A DNA stretch of 44,150 nucleotides from a virus. Taxonomy: Duplodnaviria; Heunggongvirae; Uroviricota; Caudoviricetes. A program made the position numbers and the translations under genes. The stretch lies in IMG/VR virus record IMGVR_UViG_3300005758_000043; one strand, written 5' to 3'. The notes beneath the pieces are model-generated. The model saw only the letters and a list, made by a program, of their open reading frames with translations, was not told the DNA's origin and did no database searches. The first letter of the stretch is position 1. Each line of letters starts with the position of its first letter. Of the stretch, positions 1 through 8,574 are shown piece after piece.

Positions 1-1
1 C

Positions 2-811
2 GTAGCAAATGATGCTACTGGAACTGCGACTCTTGTTAATGGCAGAAAAGTTAGAATCATTAGTGGAACTGGTGCAGGAAGTGAATTTGCCATTACGTCT
101 AATAGCGCAACAACATTAAACTTTTTAGCACAAGGATTTACTCCTGATACGACGACTCAATACATAATCATGGAAAATTATGGAATTGCATCGAGCGGAT
201 CAACTACAACATTAGTTGACTCTTCTCAAAACTGGCCAACTAATACATTAGTTGGAAAAAGAGTTAGATTTGTCGGGGCAACAACATTAGCTACTGAAGC
301 AGCTATTACCGCCAATACAGCCAATACTCTTACTTTTGCTCTTGTTGGTAACGCTCCTGATCAAAATACCCATTACTCTATATTAACAATGCCAGCTTCT
401 TCAACAGGAATCAGCATTAAATGTATCACAAATACATCAGATTCCTCTCTAAATAATAAGTATTTATATTTCTGGAGAGGCGGTAGCCCGAACCTTATGA
501 GATATGATTTGGCAAGTGAAATAAATGAATTTATTACATATTTCCCAATGACAGAAACATTCTCCACTGGGTCAATGTTCACTTATGATGATGTAGATCG
601 AATTTATCTTCAAAAAGATTCTACTGGTCGTATTTATTATTATGATATTGTAAAAAATCAAATTGTTCCATTTGCTACTGTTCCATATGGTATGGGAACC
701 GCTTTAATTGGAAATAGAATCGAAATCATTACAACTGATGATGGCTTGAAATATCTTTATTTACCAAGACACAGTTCTCAAGAATTTTGGAGAACATTAA
801 TTTTTACCTAA
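2..811 (+). CDS. 5'-truncated virion/tail-associated protein with repeated beta-rich modules and a C-terminal beta-propeller-like region
   Basis: The frame of ORF 170..811 is open back to position 2 (VANDATGTATLVNGRKVRIISGTGAGSEFAITSNSATTLNFLAQGFTPDTTTQYII-MENY...). This upstream module repeats at GKRVRFVGATTLATEAAITANTANTLTFALVGNAPDQNTHYSIL. The C-terminus has Kelch-like blades (YLYFWRGGS..LMRYD; IYLQKDSTGRIYYYD). Confidence 0.6.
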   Translation, partial: VANDATGTATLVNGRKVRIISGTGAGSEFAITSNSATTLNFLAQGFTPDTTTQYIIMENYGIASSGSTTTLVDSSQNWPTNTLVGKRVRFVGATTLATEAAITANTANTLTFALVGNAPDQNTHYSILTMPASSTGISIKCITNTSDSSLNNKYLYFWRGGSPNLMRYDLASEINEFITYFPMTETFSTGSMFTYDDVDRIYLQKDSTGRIYYYDIVKNQIVPFATVPYGMGTALIGNRIEIITTDDGLKYLYLPRHSSQEFWRTLIFT

Positions 812-812
812 T

Positions 813-971
813 ATGAATATTCAGACATTAATAGATCTTCTTAAAAATAAAATCTCATCCCTGCAAAATGAAAAAAATTCTGCATATATGAGAGGAGACA
901 TCGAATCTTTCGATAGATTAAATTTAGAAATAGAAGAAGTTGAAAAGATCGTTGTGAAATTACAATCATGA
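813..971 (+). CDS. small helical hypothetical protein (52 aa), below the ORF-track cutoff
   Basis: ATG at 813, one base after the upstream stop. It reads MNIQTLIDLLKNKISSLQNEKNSAYMRGDIESFDRLNLEIEEVEKIVVKLQS to TGA 969-971 and fills the gap between genes exactly. Confidence 0.7.
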   Translation: MNIQTLIDLLKNKISSLQNEKNSAYMRGDIESFDRLNLEIEEVEKIVVKLQS

Positions 972-2027
972 TTCTTTGCCAATCAAAGGCTCTAACATCA
1001 TATTGTAAACGAATTCATGGTATTTACCAATAGCTGGCATTCTAAAGAATGATGCGCTGTTTTTTGAGAACACCTCAATAATAGAAAGTATTTTTGCGGG
1101 TCTAAATGAAGAAAAGATATAAACTTCTTTTAAATAAGAAACAATCAATTCTATAAATACGAGCCGAATCATAACATCATAACATGATCTGTATTCTTGC
1201 CAAATTTCTTTTGTCAAAGATTCGGATCGCAATTTTAAAAATGATGATAACATTTCTTTCTCTTTATTTGAATCTAATCCTAAATAAATAGACAGCCTTG
1301 CTAAATCTAAGAATTGATTGCCTGCGTAGCAATCTACAAAGTCAATCATCTTGAACATTCCATTACGAGTCAAGATATTTGAAGGCTGTAATCTACCATG
1401 ACAAAATTCATCCTTCTTCACTAAAGAAGGTTTAGACAAACTATTGATTTCGTATTTTACTGAGGCAAGCAGGTCTTTTAAAGCATCAAAGTCGTAGTAG
1501 TCCTTCACTGCTGCCAATGCATCTTCAGGAAAGTTGTTTAATTCTGTAGATGCATAAAAAGAATTCAAATATTCGAAAAATGAATGATCAGCATTTTTGT
1601 CTTTTATTCTAGCGTAGCAATTAAAAAAAACATCCCAGTTTTCTATCAAACTTGCGAGTCCAAAGTCTTTAACGTTCTCCGCAAATTCAAATGATATTAT
1701 CGAATAATGAAGAATATCACCGAATTTAATTTTCTGACAATCAAAGATTTTTGGATGCGCTAGAGATGGCTGCTGTAATGCTTGCGCTTCATTTTTTAAT
1801 GAAGTATTGTTGGGATCGAAACTGTATTTAACACAGTATCCGATGTTGTTCTTGACCACTAAATAGCAGTCGTATTCATAATTAGAAGATAAAAATTCAA
1901 TAGAATCAAACTCCTTGATTTCGGAATTCTGGATTAAATGAGCAACAATTTCTTCGCCGCCGCCAACATCATCTTGTTGAGCTTCAAAAAGAAAGGGTCT
2001 AGACTTATAAATTGATTCAAAATTCAT
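966..2027 (-). CDS. APH/choline-kinase-like phosphotransferase fold protein with an atypical catalytic loop
   Basis: YCVKY (ATP-binding Lys), NEAQAL (helix C Glu), FCHGRLQPSNIL (Brenner-type HGDxxxxN motif but D->R) and MIDF (metal-binding Asp). Confidence 0.7.
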   Translation of the reverse strand: MNFESIYKSRPFLFEAQQDDVGGGEEIVAHLIQNSEIKEFDSIEFLSSNYEYDCYLVVKNNIGYCVKYSFDPNNTSLKNEAQALQQPSLAHPKIFDCQKIKFGDILHYSIISFEFAENVKDFGLASLIENWDVFFNCYARIKDKNADHSFFEYLNSFYASTELNNFPEDALAAVKDYYDFDALKDLLASVKYEINSLSKPSLVKKDEFCHGRLQPSNILTRNGMFKMIDFVDCYAGNQFLDLARLSIYLGLDSNKEKEMLSSFLKLRSESLTKEIWQEYRSCYDVMIRLVFIELIVSYLKEVYIFSSFRPAKILSIIEVFSKNSASFFRMPAIGKYHEFVYNMMLEPLIGKES

Positions 2028-2039
2028 ATTTTATAATAC

Positions 2040-2070
2040 AAAAAAACCCCAGTCTTTCGACTGAGGTTTT
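2040..2070 (-). terminator. intrinsic (rho-independent) terminator
   Basis: The minus strand reads CCTCAGTC-GAAA-GACTGGGG (8-bp stem with one U.G pair, GAAA tetraloop) followed by a U7 tract, just downstream of the 2089..2319 gene. Confidence 0.8.
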
Positions 2071-2088
2071 CAAGGATAGATGATTATC

Positions 2089-2319
2089 TTAGCCCAACTG
2101 AAGACTTCCCATTGAGAAGCTCTTGAGACTAGTCTTGTTCAATCTACGATGGAGAAAACGATTTCTATCATAGATAACAACAGTGCTTGGAGTTTCATTG
2201 ACAAATTGAGCGTTAATGACATCTCCAGACTTGGTGGTTAGACCAAAGAAGCGACCCTTACTGCCCTTCATTGCACCAACGATATTAGCCTGATTCTTGT
2301 TTTGATTTTTCTTACTCAT
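2089..2319 (-). CDS. small basic hypothetical protein
   Basis: The likely start is the ATG at 2319 (MSKKNQ...), downstream of the Clp stop. The sequence is beta-rich (GRFFGLTTKSGDVINAQFVNETPSTVVIYDRN). Confidence 0.65.
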   Translation of the reverse strand: MSKKNQNKNQANIVGAMKGSKGRFFGLTTKSGDVINAQFVNETPSTVVIYDRNRFLHRRLNKTSLKSFSMGSLQLG

Positions 2320-2330
2320 ATGCAGGTATA

Positions 2331-4598
2331 TTAGCATAGATTCAGTTCGCCGTCAAGAATTTTTGCAGAGATATTTTTCTTCTTAGGATTATTAATAATA
2401 AATTTTGACAAAGGAACCTCAAGCTTTTGGCGAACGATTTTCTTTACTTGGCGAGCGTGTTCTTCTGAGTTTTTATGCAAATCAAATAAATCTTCTCCAG
2501 TAAATTCAAAATTTACAGAAATACCCTTTTGATTCAGATTTTCAACAACTTCAGAAAGCTTCGCATCAAAGATTTTCGCAACAGATTTTTTATCAAGATT
2601 TTTAAACACTACCACCTCATCAATACGAGAAATTAATTCGGGAGGTAGCATTTTTTTGACGGATCTTTCGTAATTTTCTTCTTCTGTAGTTTGCTCTGGA
2701 ACAAATCCCATTTGTTTTTTAGAACTTGTATCCGCTCCAATATTACTTGTAAGAACAATAATGCAGCGAGAGAAATCAATAGAACGATTCAAATTATCAT
2801 TAATCTTTGCTTCGTCCAAAATCTGCAACAACAAATTCAAAACATTAGGATTGCACTTTTCAGCTTCATCAAAAAGAATCAAGCTGTTTGGATTTTTTCG
2901 AACAAATTCAGTCAATAAGCCTCCATCTTCATAACCAACATATCCAGCACTTGCGCCAATAAGTCGAGATATTGATGTTTGTTCTTGATATTCGCTCATG
3001 TTCAATTGCAGAAAGCTCTTTTCGTTACCGTAGAATTCTTTCGCAATCTGTTTTGCCGCAAATGTTTTTCCAACGCTAGTTGGTCCAACAAAAAAGAAGC
3101 TTGAAATTGGTTTATTTTTATTTTGGAACCCAGCTTTTGCGCAAGAGAGAATATCATAAATTTTTGAAATATTAGATTCTTGGCCAAAGATGTTTTTATT
3201 GATATTTTCTTCAAATTCTGCAAATGTTTTATTTTGAGATTCTTTAATTGTTTTGACATCTACATTAATTTTATCAGCGATCACTTCGCAAACATCATCA
3301 ATAGTAACTTTTACTTTATTTCCAGAAGAACGAATTCTCGCTTTTGAAGCAGCTTGATCAATTACATCAAATAGTTTATCTGGGAATCTTTGGTTTGGCA
3401 AATATACCTGACACATCTTTGCTGCAACATTAGCGATTTTGTTAGGAAAGGAAACGTTGTGATGCTGTTCATAACTAGGCAAAGAAGTTTTCAGCATTTT
3501 TAACACATACTCCAACTCTGGCTCATCGACATTGACAACATGAAAACGGCGAGCGAGCGCAGCATCCTTTTCAAAGTATTTTTTATACTCTGTAGAAGTT
3601 GTAGCTCCAATACACATAATTTCTCCGCGAGCTAATGCAGGTTTTAGCATATTCGCCAAATCTTGCGATCCTTCGCGACTGCCAGTGCCAATAATTGTGT
3701 GGATTTCGTCAATAAAAAGAATACCATCTTTTCTATTCTTCAATTCTGTGAGCAATTTAGAAAAGCGCTCTTCAAACTGTCCTCTATATTTTGTGCCAGC
3801 AACAAGAGATCCCAAATCTAAAGCGAAGATCTTCTTATCTGCTAGAGGCCCGTTATAATCTTTTTGTTCGATTAATTGAGCAAGACCTTCGACAATACTT
3901 GTCTTGCCAGTTCCAGCTTCTCCAATTAAAATACAATTGCTTTTAGTCTTCCTGCAAAGAACCTCTTCAATCAAGGAGATTTCTTTATCTCTCCCAGAGA
4001 TTCGTGGAAATGATTCTGTATTTGCTGTCTGATTAAACAGGGCGCAATACTTTTCCAAATAAGAAGTCGAAGGATCATCTTCTTCATCATCTTCATACTC
4101 ATCATCGTAGAAATCTGGCCCAAAATCAAAAGAGCCGTCTTCTCCAGAAATAAATGCTAAGGCAGATAGTTTTAAATGCTCAGTATCAATATCATTTTTC
4201 AAAAGAAGCTCGGAGAAATTTTGGTCCTCTTCTAAGAATGAATAAATTAAATGTTCGGTTCCAACATACGAATGTTCATATTTATTAGCGACTTTAAAAG
4301 ATTTTCTGATCAAAGAATTAATTGATTCGCAAATTCTATAAGGAGCAGTCGCGCCGATGAATTGATCTGGGTTTTTAGAAGCAAACCTATTCAGTAAAGT
4401 TTCGATTGTCTTTGCTTCTAATTCAATGCCTCTGGATTGAATAAATTCCAGAAATGCAGAGTTAGCATTAGCAAAGCAAAGATAAAAAACGTGAATTGAA
4501 TTGGCTATATTGTGACCCTTTGTTTCCACAAAAGGCTTTAGTTGATCCATTGACCTGCTGGCACTGGATGTAAATTTGATTTTATCAACGTCCATCAT
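2331..4598 (-). CDS. ClpA/ClpC-type Hsp100 AAA+ ATPase
   Basis: Clp N-domain repeat (HSYVGTEHLIYSFL), AAA1 Walker A GEAGTGKT and Walker B LFIDEIH, AAA2 Walker A GPTSVGKT and LILFDEAEK, PELISRIDE, and an MGF ClpP-docking-type loop. There is no long ClpB middle coiled coil. Confidence 0.92.
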   Translation of the reverse strand: MMDVDKIKFTSSASRSMDQLKPFVETKGHNIANSIHVFYLCFANANSAFLEFIQSRGIELEAKTIETLLNRFASKNPDQFIGATAPYRICESINSLIRKSFKVANKYEHSYVGTEHLIYSFLEEDQNFSELLLKNDIDTEHLKLSALAFISGEDGSFDFGPDFYDDEYEDDEEDDPSTSYLEKYCALFNQTANTESFPRISGRDKEISLIEEVLCRKTKSNCILIGEAGTGKTSIVEGLAQLIEQKDYNGPLADKKIFALDLGSLVAGTKYRGQFEERFSKLLTELKNRKDGILFIDEIHTIIGTGSREGSQDLANMLKPALARGEIMCIGATTSTEYKKYFEKDAALARRFHVVNVDEPELEYVLKMLKTSLPSYEQHHNVSFPNKIANVAAKMCQVYLPNQRFPDKLFDVIDQAASKARIRSSGNKVKVTIDDVCEVIADKINVDVKTIKESQNKTFAEFEENINKNIFGQESNISKIYDILSCAKAGFQNKNKPISSFFFVGPTSVGKTFAAKQIAKEFYGNEKSFLQLNMSEYQEQTSISRLIGASAGYVGYEDGGLLTEFVRKNPNSLILFDEAEKCNPNVLNLLLQILDEAKINDNLNRSIDFSRCIIVLTSNIGADTSSKKQMGFVPEQTTEEENYERSVKKMLPPELISRIDEVVVFKNLDKKSVAKIFDAKLSEVVENLNQKGISVNFEFTGEDLFDLHKNSEEHARQVKKIVRQKLEVPLSKFIINNPKKKNISAKILDGELNLC

Positions 4599-4604
4599 AA
4601 TATT

Positions 4605-4610
4605 TTACAC
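4605..4610 (-). promoter_or_regulatory. GTGTAA upstream motif (candidate phage promoter) before the clp gene
   Basis: The minus strand reads TGTGTAAAATATT-ATG in the 15-bp dnaE/clp gap. The same hexamer recurs upstream of four other genes. Confidence 0.5.
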
Positions 4611-4613
4611 AAG

Positions 4614-7172
4614 TTATTTTACTTCTGAGAGCTTCATGTAAATTTTGTCTTCAAGTAGCGACATTTTTTCAATAATAACAATGTCATTATTTTTTTTGCC
4701 GCTAAAAATTACAATCCCGCCTTTTTTTGGCATCACTTTCCCAGATTTGATATAATTGGTATAGCGTGGATCTCGCGCAGAATCAAGCATTAAAGCTGTC
4801 AAATTTCCACTTTCATCAGAAGCTTCAATTCTAGCGTATTTATTTCCACTGGCGCTCGTTCTGGCGATTACATCATTCACCGTTCCAACAAATCTAACTG
4901 TGCTATTATTTTCTTGAGATTGAATTTCGTGAGAAGAAGAAAGGAATCCTCCCATTTCTGACTTAAAAATCTCTCGGATATTTTGCGAATAACTATAGCC
5001 CAAAAGCTTAGATTCGAAATGCCAATTAGCAAACTTCAAATGTTTACGATTTTTTTCATAGATCTCTTTATAAGGAGAATATTTTTGTTTAAATGTAGCG
5101 AAACGCTTTTCGGAAAAGATCTTTTTATTATCATCGCCAATCAAACCTTCTTTTACACACGCGCTAATTGACTCAAGAATATCGTAATTGTATTGCTTGC
5201 CAATCGCTACGAAATTTCTTTTTTCGCGGTCAGTCAAAATATTGAACGTCTGAGCTTCAAGAACCAAACGGCAACGATCATTTTTAACGAATCCATCAAG
5301 CACTCCAGCTTGAATAAGAGCAGACAAAACTCCAATATTTACGCCCGCTTGCTTTGCAGCAAGAAATACTTCATATTTGTTTTCGAATTCATTTTCTCTA
5401 AATTCTAAAAGGGATTCTAGAATTTTAGTCGAAACACCTTTGATAGTATTGAGTCCATATCTAATATTCTTACCTTCGATTTTAAAGTCGATTTCAGATT
5501 TGCTCAAATCTGGCGGCAAAAGTTGAATATCAAAATGGCTTAATTCCTGAGTGATTTTGTTGATTTCTTCATGAGGGTTTGGCTCATACTGAGCAAACTT
5601 CAAAAGACTAAGAAAGAACTCTTGAGGATAATTAAATTTTAAATAAACTGTAATCGCTGCAAGATAAGCATAAGAAATGCTATGCGATTTATTGAAAGAA
5701 TAGTTTGCTGAATCTTCTGCGACTTTCCATAGCACTTCACCGATAGCTGGATCAAGATTATTTGCGGAGATTTTTTCTGCAATTTTATTTTTCCACTCTC
5801 CCATCTGCTCGACTTTCTTTTTGCCGACGATTCTTCTAAGTTGTTCAGATTCATCAAGACTAAATCCGACCTTTACTGCCATTTTCATCAACTGCTCCTG
5901 ATACAAAGGAATTCCTCCTGTGTAGCCAAGCACATCATCAAAAAATGGATGAACAGATTGGAATTCTCCATTCCGAGCATAATCAGCATAACGATCCATG
6001 AAATCGAGCGCACCTGGTCTGGCGATAGCCACAACCGCAGATAGCTGCTCTAGGTTCTTAGGAGCCACCTTCTGCGCTACTCTGAAGTTGGTGTCAGCTT
6101 CGATCTGAAAAAGCCCGCTAGGAGCCTTCAGAACTTGAAGAGCAGCATAAATAGATGGGTGATCGCAATCAATGTCGCTCACTTTTATATTCAATTGCTT
6201 GCAAACATCATGCACCACAGAAAGAGTTCTCAATCCAAGAATATCAAACTTGACCGTCAATTCTGAAACATTATTCATGTCATAACCAGAAACAACAGAG
6301 TCGTCGCCTGTTTTTTGAATTGGCATAATGTCTTCTAGCTCATAAAAGCTGATTGCAATACCAGAAGGATGAACTCCAGTATTTTTATTCAAGCCCTCAA
6401 TCTTTTTGGCGATGCTATAAACTCTTTTATTCTTATTTGCAAAAGCCTTGAAAGCCTCGCTCTCTGAATAAGCGGCCTCTAACTTTGCTACCTTGCCGAA
6501 TTTTTTTGGAATTGTATCACTGATTTCATTAACAGCAGATTCTGGCATTTCAGCGACAATTTTGCCGCATTCTTTAATGCATAACTTGCTGCTCAAGGTA
6601 TTCAAAGTTAGAATTTTAGAAGTCTTACCTTGATATTTTTGATTAATATATTCGATAACTTCTTGGCGGCGATCATAGCTAATGTCATTGTCAACATCAG
6701 GAGCAAGAGATCCATCCAAGAATTCTTCTCCATTTTTAATAATTTTCTTTGCTCGACTCTTAGAAACAAAACGTTCAAAGAATAGATCGTATTTAATTGG
6801 ATCAATATTAGTTACTCCAATAACATATAGAACTAAAGAACCTGCCGCAGATCCTCGACCTGCTCCAGTAGGAATACCAGCTTCATGACAAAAATTTAGG
6901 ACATCCCAATTCAGAAGAACATAATCAACAAATCCAAGTTCTTCAAAAATAGAAAGCTCCATCGTTAGTCGCTGATAATATTCTTGTTTATTCGCAAGCT
7001 TATCAATTCCTCGATCCTTCACTCCTTTGAAGCAAAGCTTACGCAAGAATAGAAAGTTGCTGACTTCTGGAGAACACTCCAATAAATCATAATACTTTTT
7101 TTCAATTTTGATGCTTGGCAGTTTAACGCCCGCTGGGAATGGTGAATCGTATGGTTCGAAAAAATTATTCAT
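4614..7172 (-). CDS. dnaE: DNA polymerase III alpha subunit (DnaE), core lacking the N-terminal PHP domain
   Basis: GRGSAAGSLV, FERF, catalytic PDVDND, HPSG, KFDILGL, YQEQ, FNKSHS and a C-terminal OB fold. It begins at the PHP/palm linker (GVKLPSIKI). Confidence 0.95.
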   Translation of the reverse strand: MNNFFEPYDSPFPAGVKLPSIKIEKKYYDLLECSPEVSNFLFLRKLCFKGVKDRGIDKLANKQEYYQRLTMELSIFEELGFVDYVLLNWDVLNFCHEAGIPTGAGRGSAAGSLVLYVIGVTNIDPIKYDLFFERFVSKSRAKKIIKNGEEFLDGSLAPDVDNDISYDRRQEVIEYINQKYQGKTSKILTLNTLSSKLCIKECGKIVAEMPESAVNEISDTIPKKFGKVAKLEAAYSESEAFKAFANKNKRVYSIAKKIEGLNKNTGVHPSGIAISFYELEDIMPIQKTGDDSVVSGYDMNNVSELTVKFDILGLRTLSVVHDVCKQLNIKVSDIDCDHPSIYAALQVLKAPSGLFQIEADTNFRVAQKVAPKNLEQLSAVVAIARPGALDFMDRYADYARNGEFQSVHPFFDDVLGYTGGIPLYQEQLMKMAVKVGFSLDESEQLRRIVGKKKVEQMGEWKNKIAEKISANNLDPAIGEVLWKVAEDSANYSFNKSHSISYAYLAAITVYLKFNYPQEFFLSLLKFAQYEPNPHEEINKITQELSHFDIQLLPPDLSKSEIDFKIEGKNIRYGLNTIKGVSTKILESLLEFRENEFENKYEVFLAAKQAGVNIGVLSALIQAGVLDGFVKNDRCRLVLEAQTFNILTDREKRNFVAIGKQYNYDILESISACVKEGLIGDDNKKIFSEKRFATFKQKYSPYKEIYEKNRKHLKFANWHFESKLLGYSYSQNIREIFKSEMGGFLSSSHEIQSQENNSTVRFVGTVNDVIARTSASGNKYARIEASDESGNLTALMLDSARDPRYTNYIKSGKVMPKKGGIVIFSGKKNNDIVIIEKMSLLEDKIYMKLSEVK

Positions 7173-7801
7173 AATTCAATGTCATAAATCTGCTTTAAGA
7201 AAATTTGGAAATTCATTTCAATATCATAAAGAGCATCGTGCAATTTATTAGGATCGTGAGGAATTCCATAGTGTTTTAATAGCGTTAGCTGAGATGTTTT
7301 TAACCCCTTTTCTTTATGGTTCAATAACTTATATTGCCAAGATGAAAAGTTTTCTTTTTCTGGTAGAATATTTTTGAAGATAGCTGTTGCAATAGATTTG
7401 GTGTCGATGATTCGATCAATATAAGAATAATCGCTTTGCAGACCCATCGCCTTCATCCATACATTTATCATGTAAACATCAAAACCCAAAAGGTTTTGCC
7501 CAATAATGATATATTCTGGATCAAAAAGATACTTTGAAAAATCATTCCAAACAATTTTTGGATCTTCTGCTCTGCGCTCGTATTCTTGCTCTGTAAATCC
7601 AGTAATTTTTGCGGCACCTTCAGATACTTTAATATTGTCCCATTGGATGTATCGGTCATTTTTAGACACGATATTTTTTCCTTCGGCAACAATCCAAGCG
7701 ATCTGCCAAGGGCGAGACTTGACCAAATTCAGACCTTCTGTTTCAGTGTCAAAAATCAAATATTTTTGCCTATTTTTAAATCTTAAAAGTTCTGATTTCA
7801 T
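7169..7801 (-). CDS. DEDDh 3'-5' exonuclease (DnaQ/epsilon-like proofreading subunit)
   Basis: ExoI IFDTETEG, ExoII GQNLLGFD, ExoIII HDALYD. ATGA overlaps with both neighbours. Confidence 0.9.
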   Translation of the reverse strand: MKSELLRFKNRQKYLIFDTETEGLNLVKSRPWQIAWIVAEGKNIVSKNDRYIQWDNIKVSEGAAKITGFTEQEYERRAEDPKIVWNDFSKYLFDPEYIIIGQNLLGFDVYMINVWMKAMGLQSDYSYIDRIIDTKSIATAIFKNILPEKENFSSWQYKLLNHKEKGLKTSQLTLLKHYGIPHDPNKLHDALYDIEMNFQIFLKQIYDIEL

Positions 7802-8538
7802 TGTTCTTGAAAGGACTCCCAGCAGAATTCGTCGCTGCCGAAATGGTTAAGGTTTGGAGAAGAAAGAGTAGCCTGTCTTCCAAAGCTGCGATTACAAAGA
7901 ATCTTGTATGTTTGGAAAGCTTCTACATCTGATTTGTAGCGATAATAAATAGATTTTACCAATTCAGGTATATAAACAGAATGATTAGAAGCGTATTCTC
8001 TAACTGCTTTTTCGATCATATTATCGAATGGAAGATTATTTCTTTCAATAAAATATAAAACAGGAATTGATTTGAAATCTGGAATGCAATTGCCTAAACA
8101 AAAGTGATTATTAAAAATAAAAGAATCATAAAATGGAACTGCCAATAGCATATTTTCGGTCCACATTTTAACTAAATCTTCATCGCTTATTCTGCCGTCA
8201 TGCTGAGTATTAACAAAGCTGTAAAAGCGATTCAGATCTTTGCACCCTTGATCATTTTTAGCAAATGCAATAAGCTTATGATTCGAATCATTATTCTCAT
8301 AATTATTACAGCAAGTAAATCTATAGCCAAAAATAAGCTGAATGCCCAGCTCTTGACATTTTTTAAATGCATCAAAAAAGCCGACCATCGAATCTTCGAC
8401 CAAATAAATAGTCGATAAATTATTATCCTTGGCAATAGAAAAAATACTATCTGGACCATCATCACGAACCTTGTCGGGATGATCCAGAGTTAAAATACTT
8501 TTTCCTATTGAATAGGTTGATTTAAAAATGGGAATCAT
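7798..8538 (-). CDS. stand-alone PHP domain of DNA polymerase III alpha
   Basis: FKSTYSIGKSIL (DnaE HxHSxYS-like start, His residues lost), LVEDSMVGF, GIQLIFG and LIAFAKNDQGCKDL match the DnaE N-terminal PHP pattern. Confidence 0.8.
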   Translation of the reverse strand: MIPIFKSTYSIGKSILTLDHPDKVRDDGPDSIFSIAKDNNLSTIYLVEDSMVGFFDAFKKCQELGIQLIFGYRFTCCNNYENNDSNHKLIAFAKNDQGCKDLNRFYSFVNTQHDGRISDEDLVKMWTENMLLAVPFYDSFIFNNHFCLGNCIPDFKSIPVLYFIERNNLPFDNMIEKAVREYASNHSVYIPELVKSIYYRYKSDVEAFQTYKILCNRSFGRQATLSSPNLNHFGSDEFCWESFQEQ

Positions 8539-8546
8539 ACATTACT

Positions 8547-8574
8547 AGAGTAATGTATATACACCCGATGTCAA
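8547..8574 (-). promoter_or_regulatory. sigma70-like promoter overlapped by a 9-bp inverted repeat
   Basis: TTGACA (8574-8569), a 16-nt spacer and TACTCT (8552-8547). The inverted repeat ATACATTAC-N4-GTAATGTAT spans 8537-8558. Confidence 0.45.

Noticed and set aside
966-2027. Aminoglycoside resistance gene
   Set aside because: Only the general APH/choline kinase fold is recognisable and the catalytic Asp is replaced. There is no basis for a resistance call.
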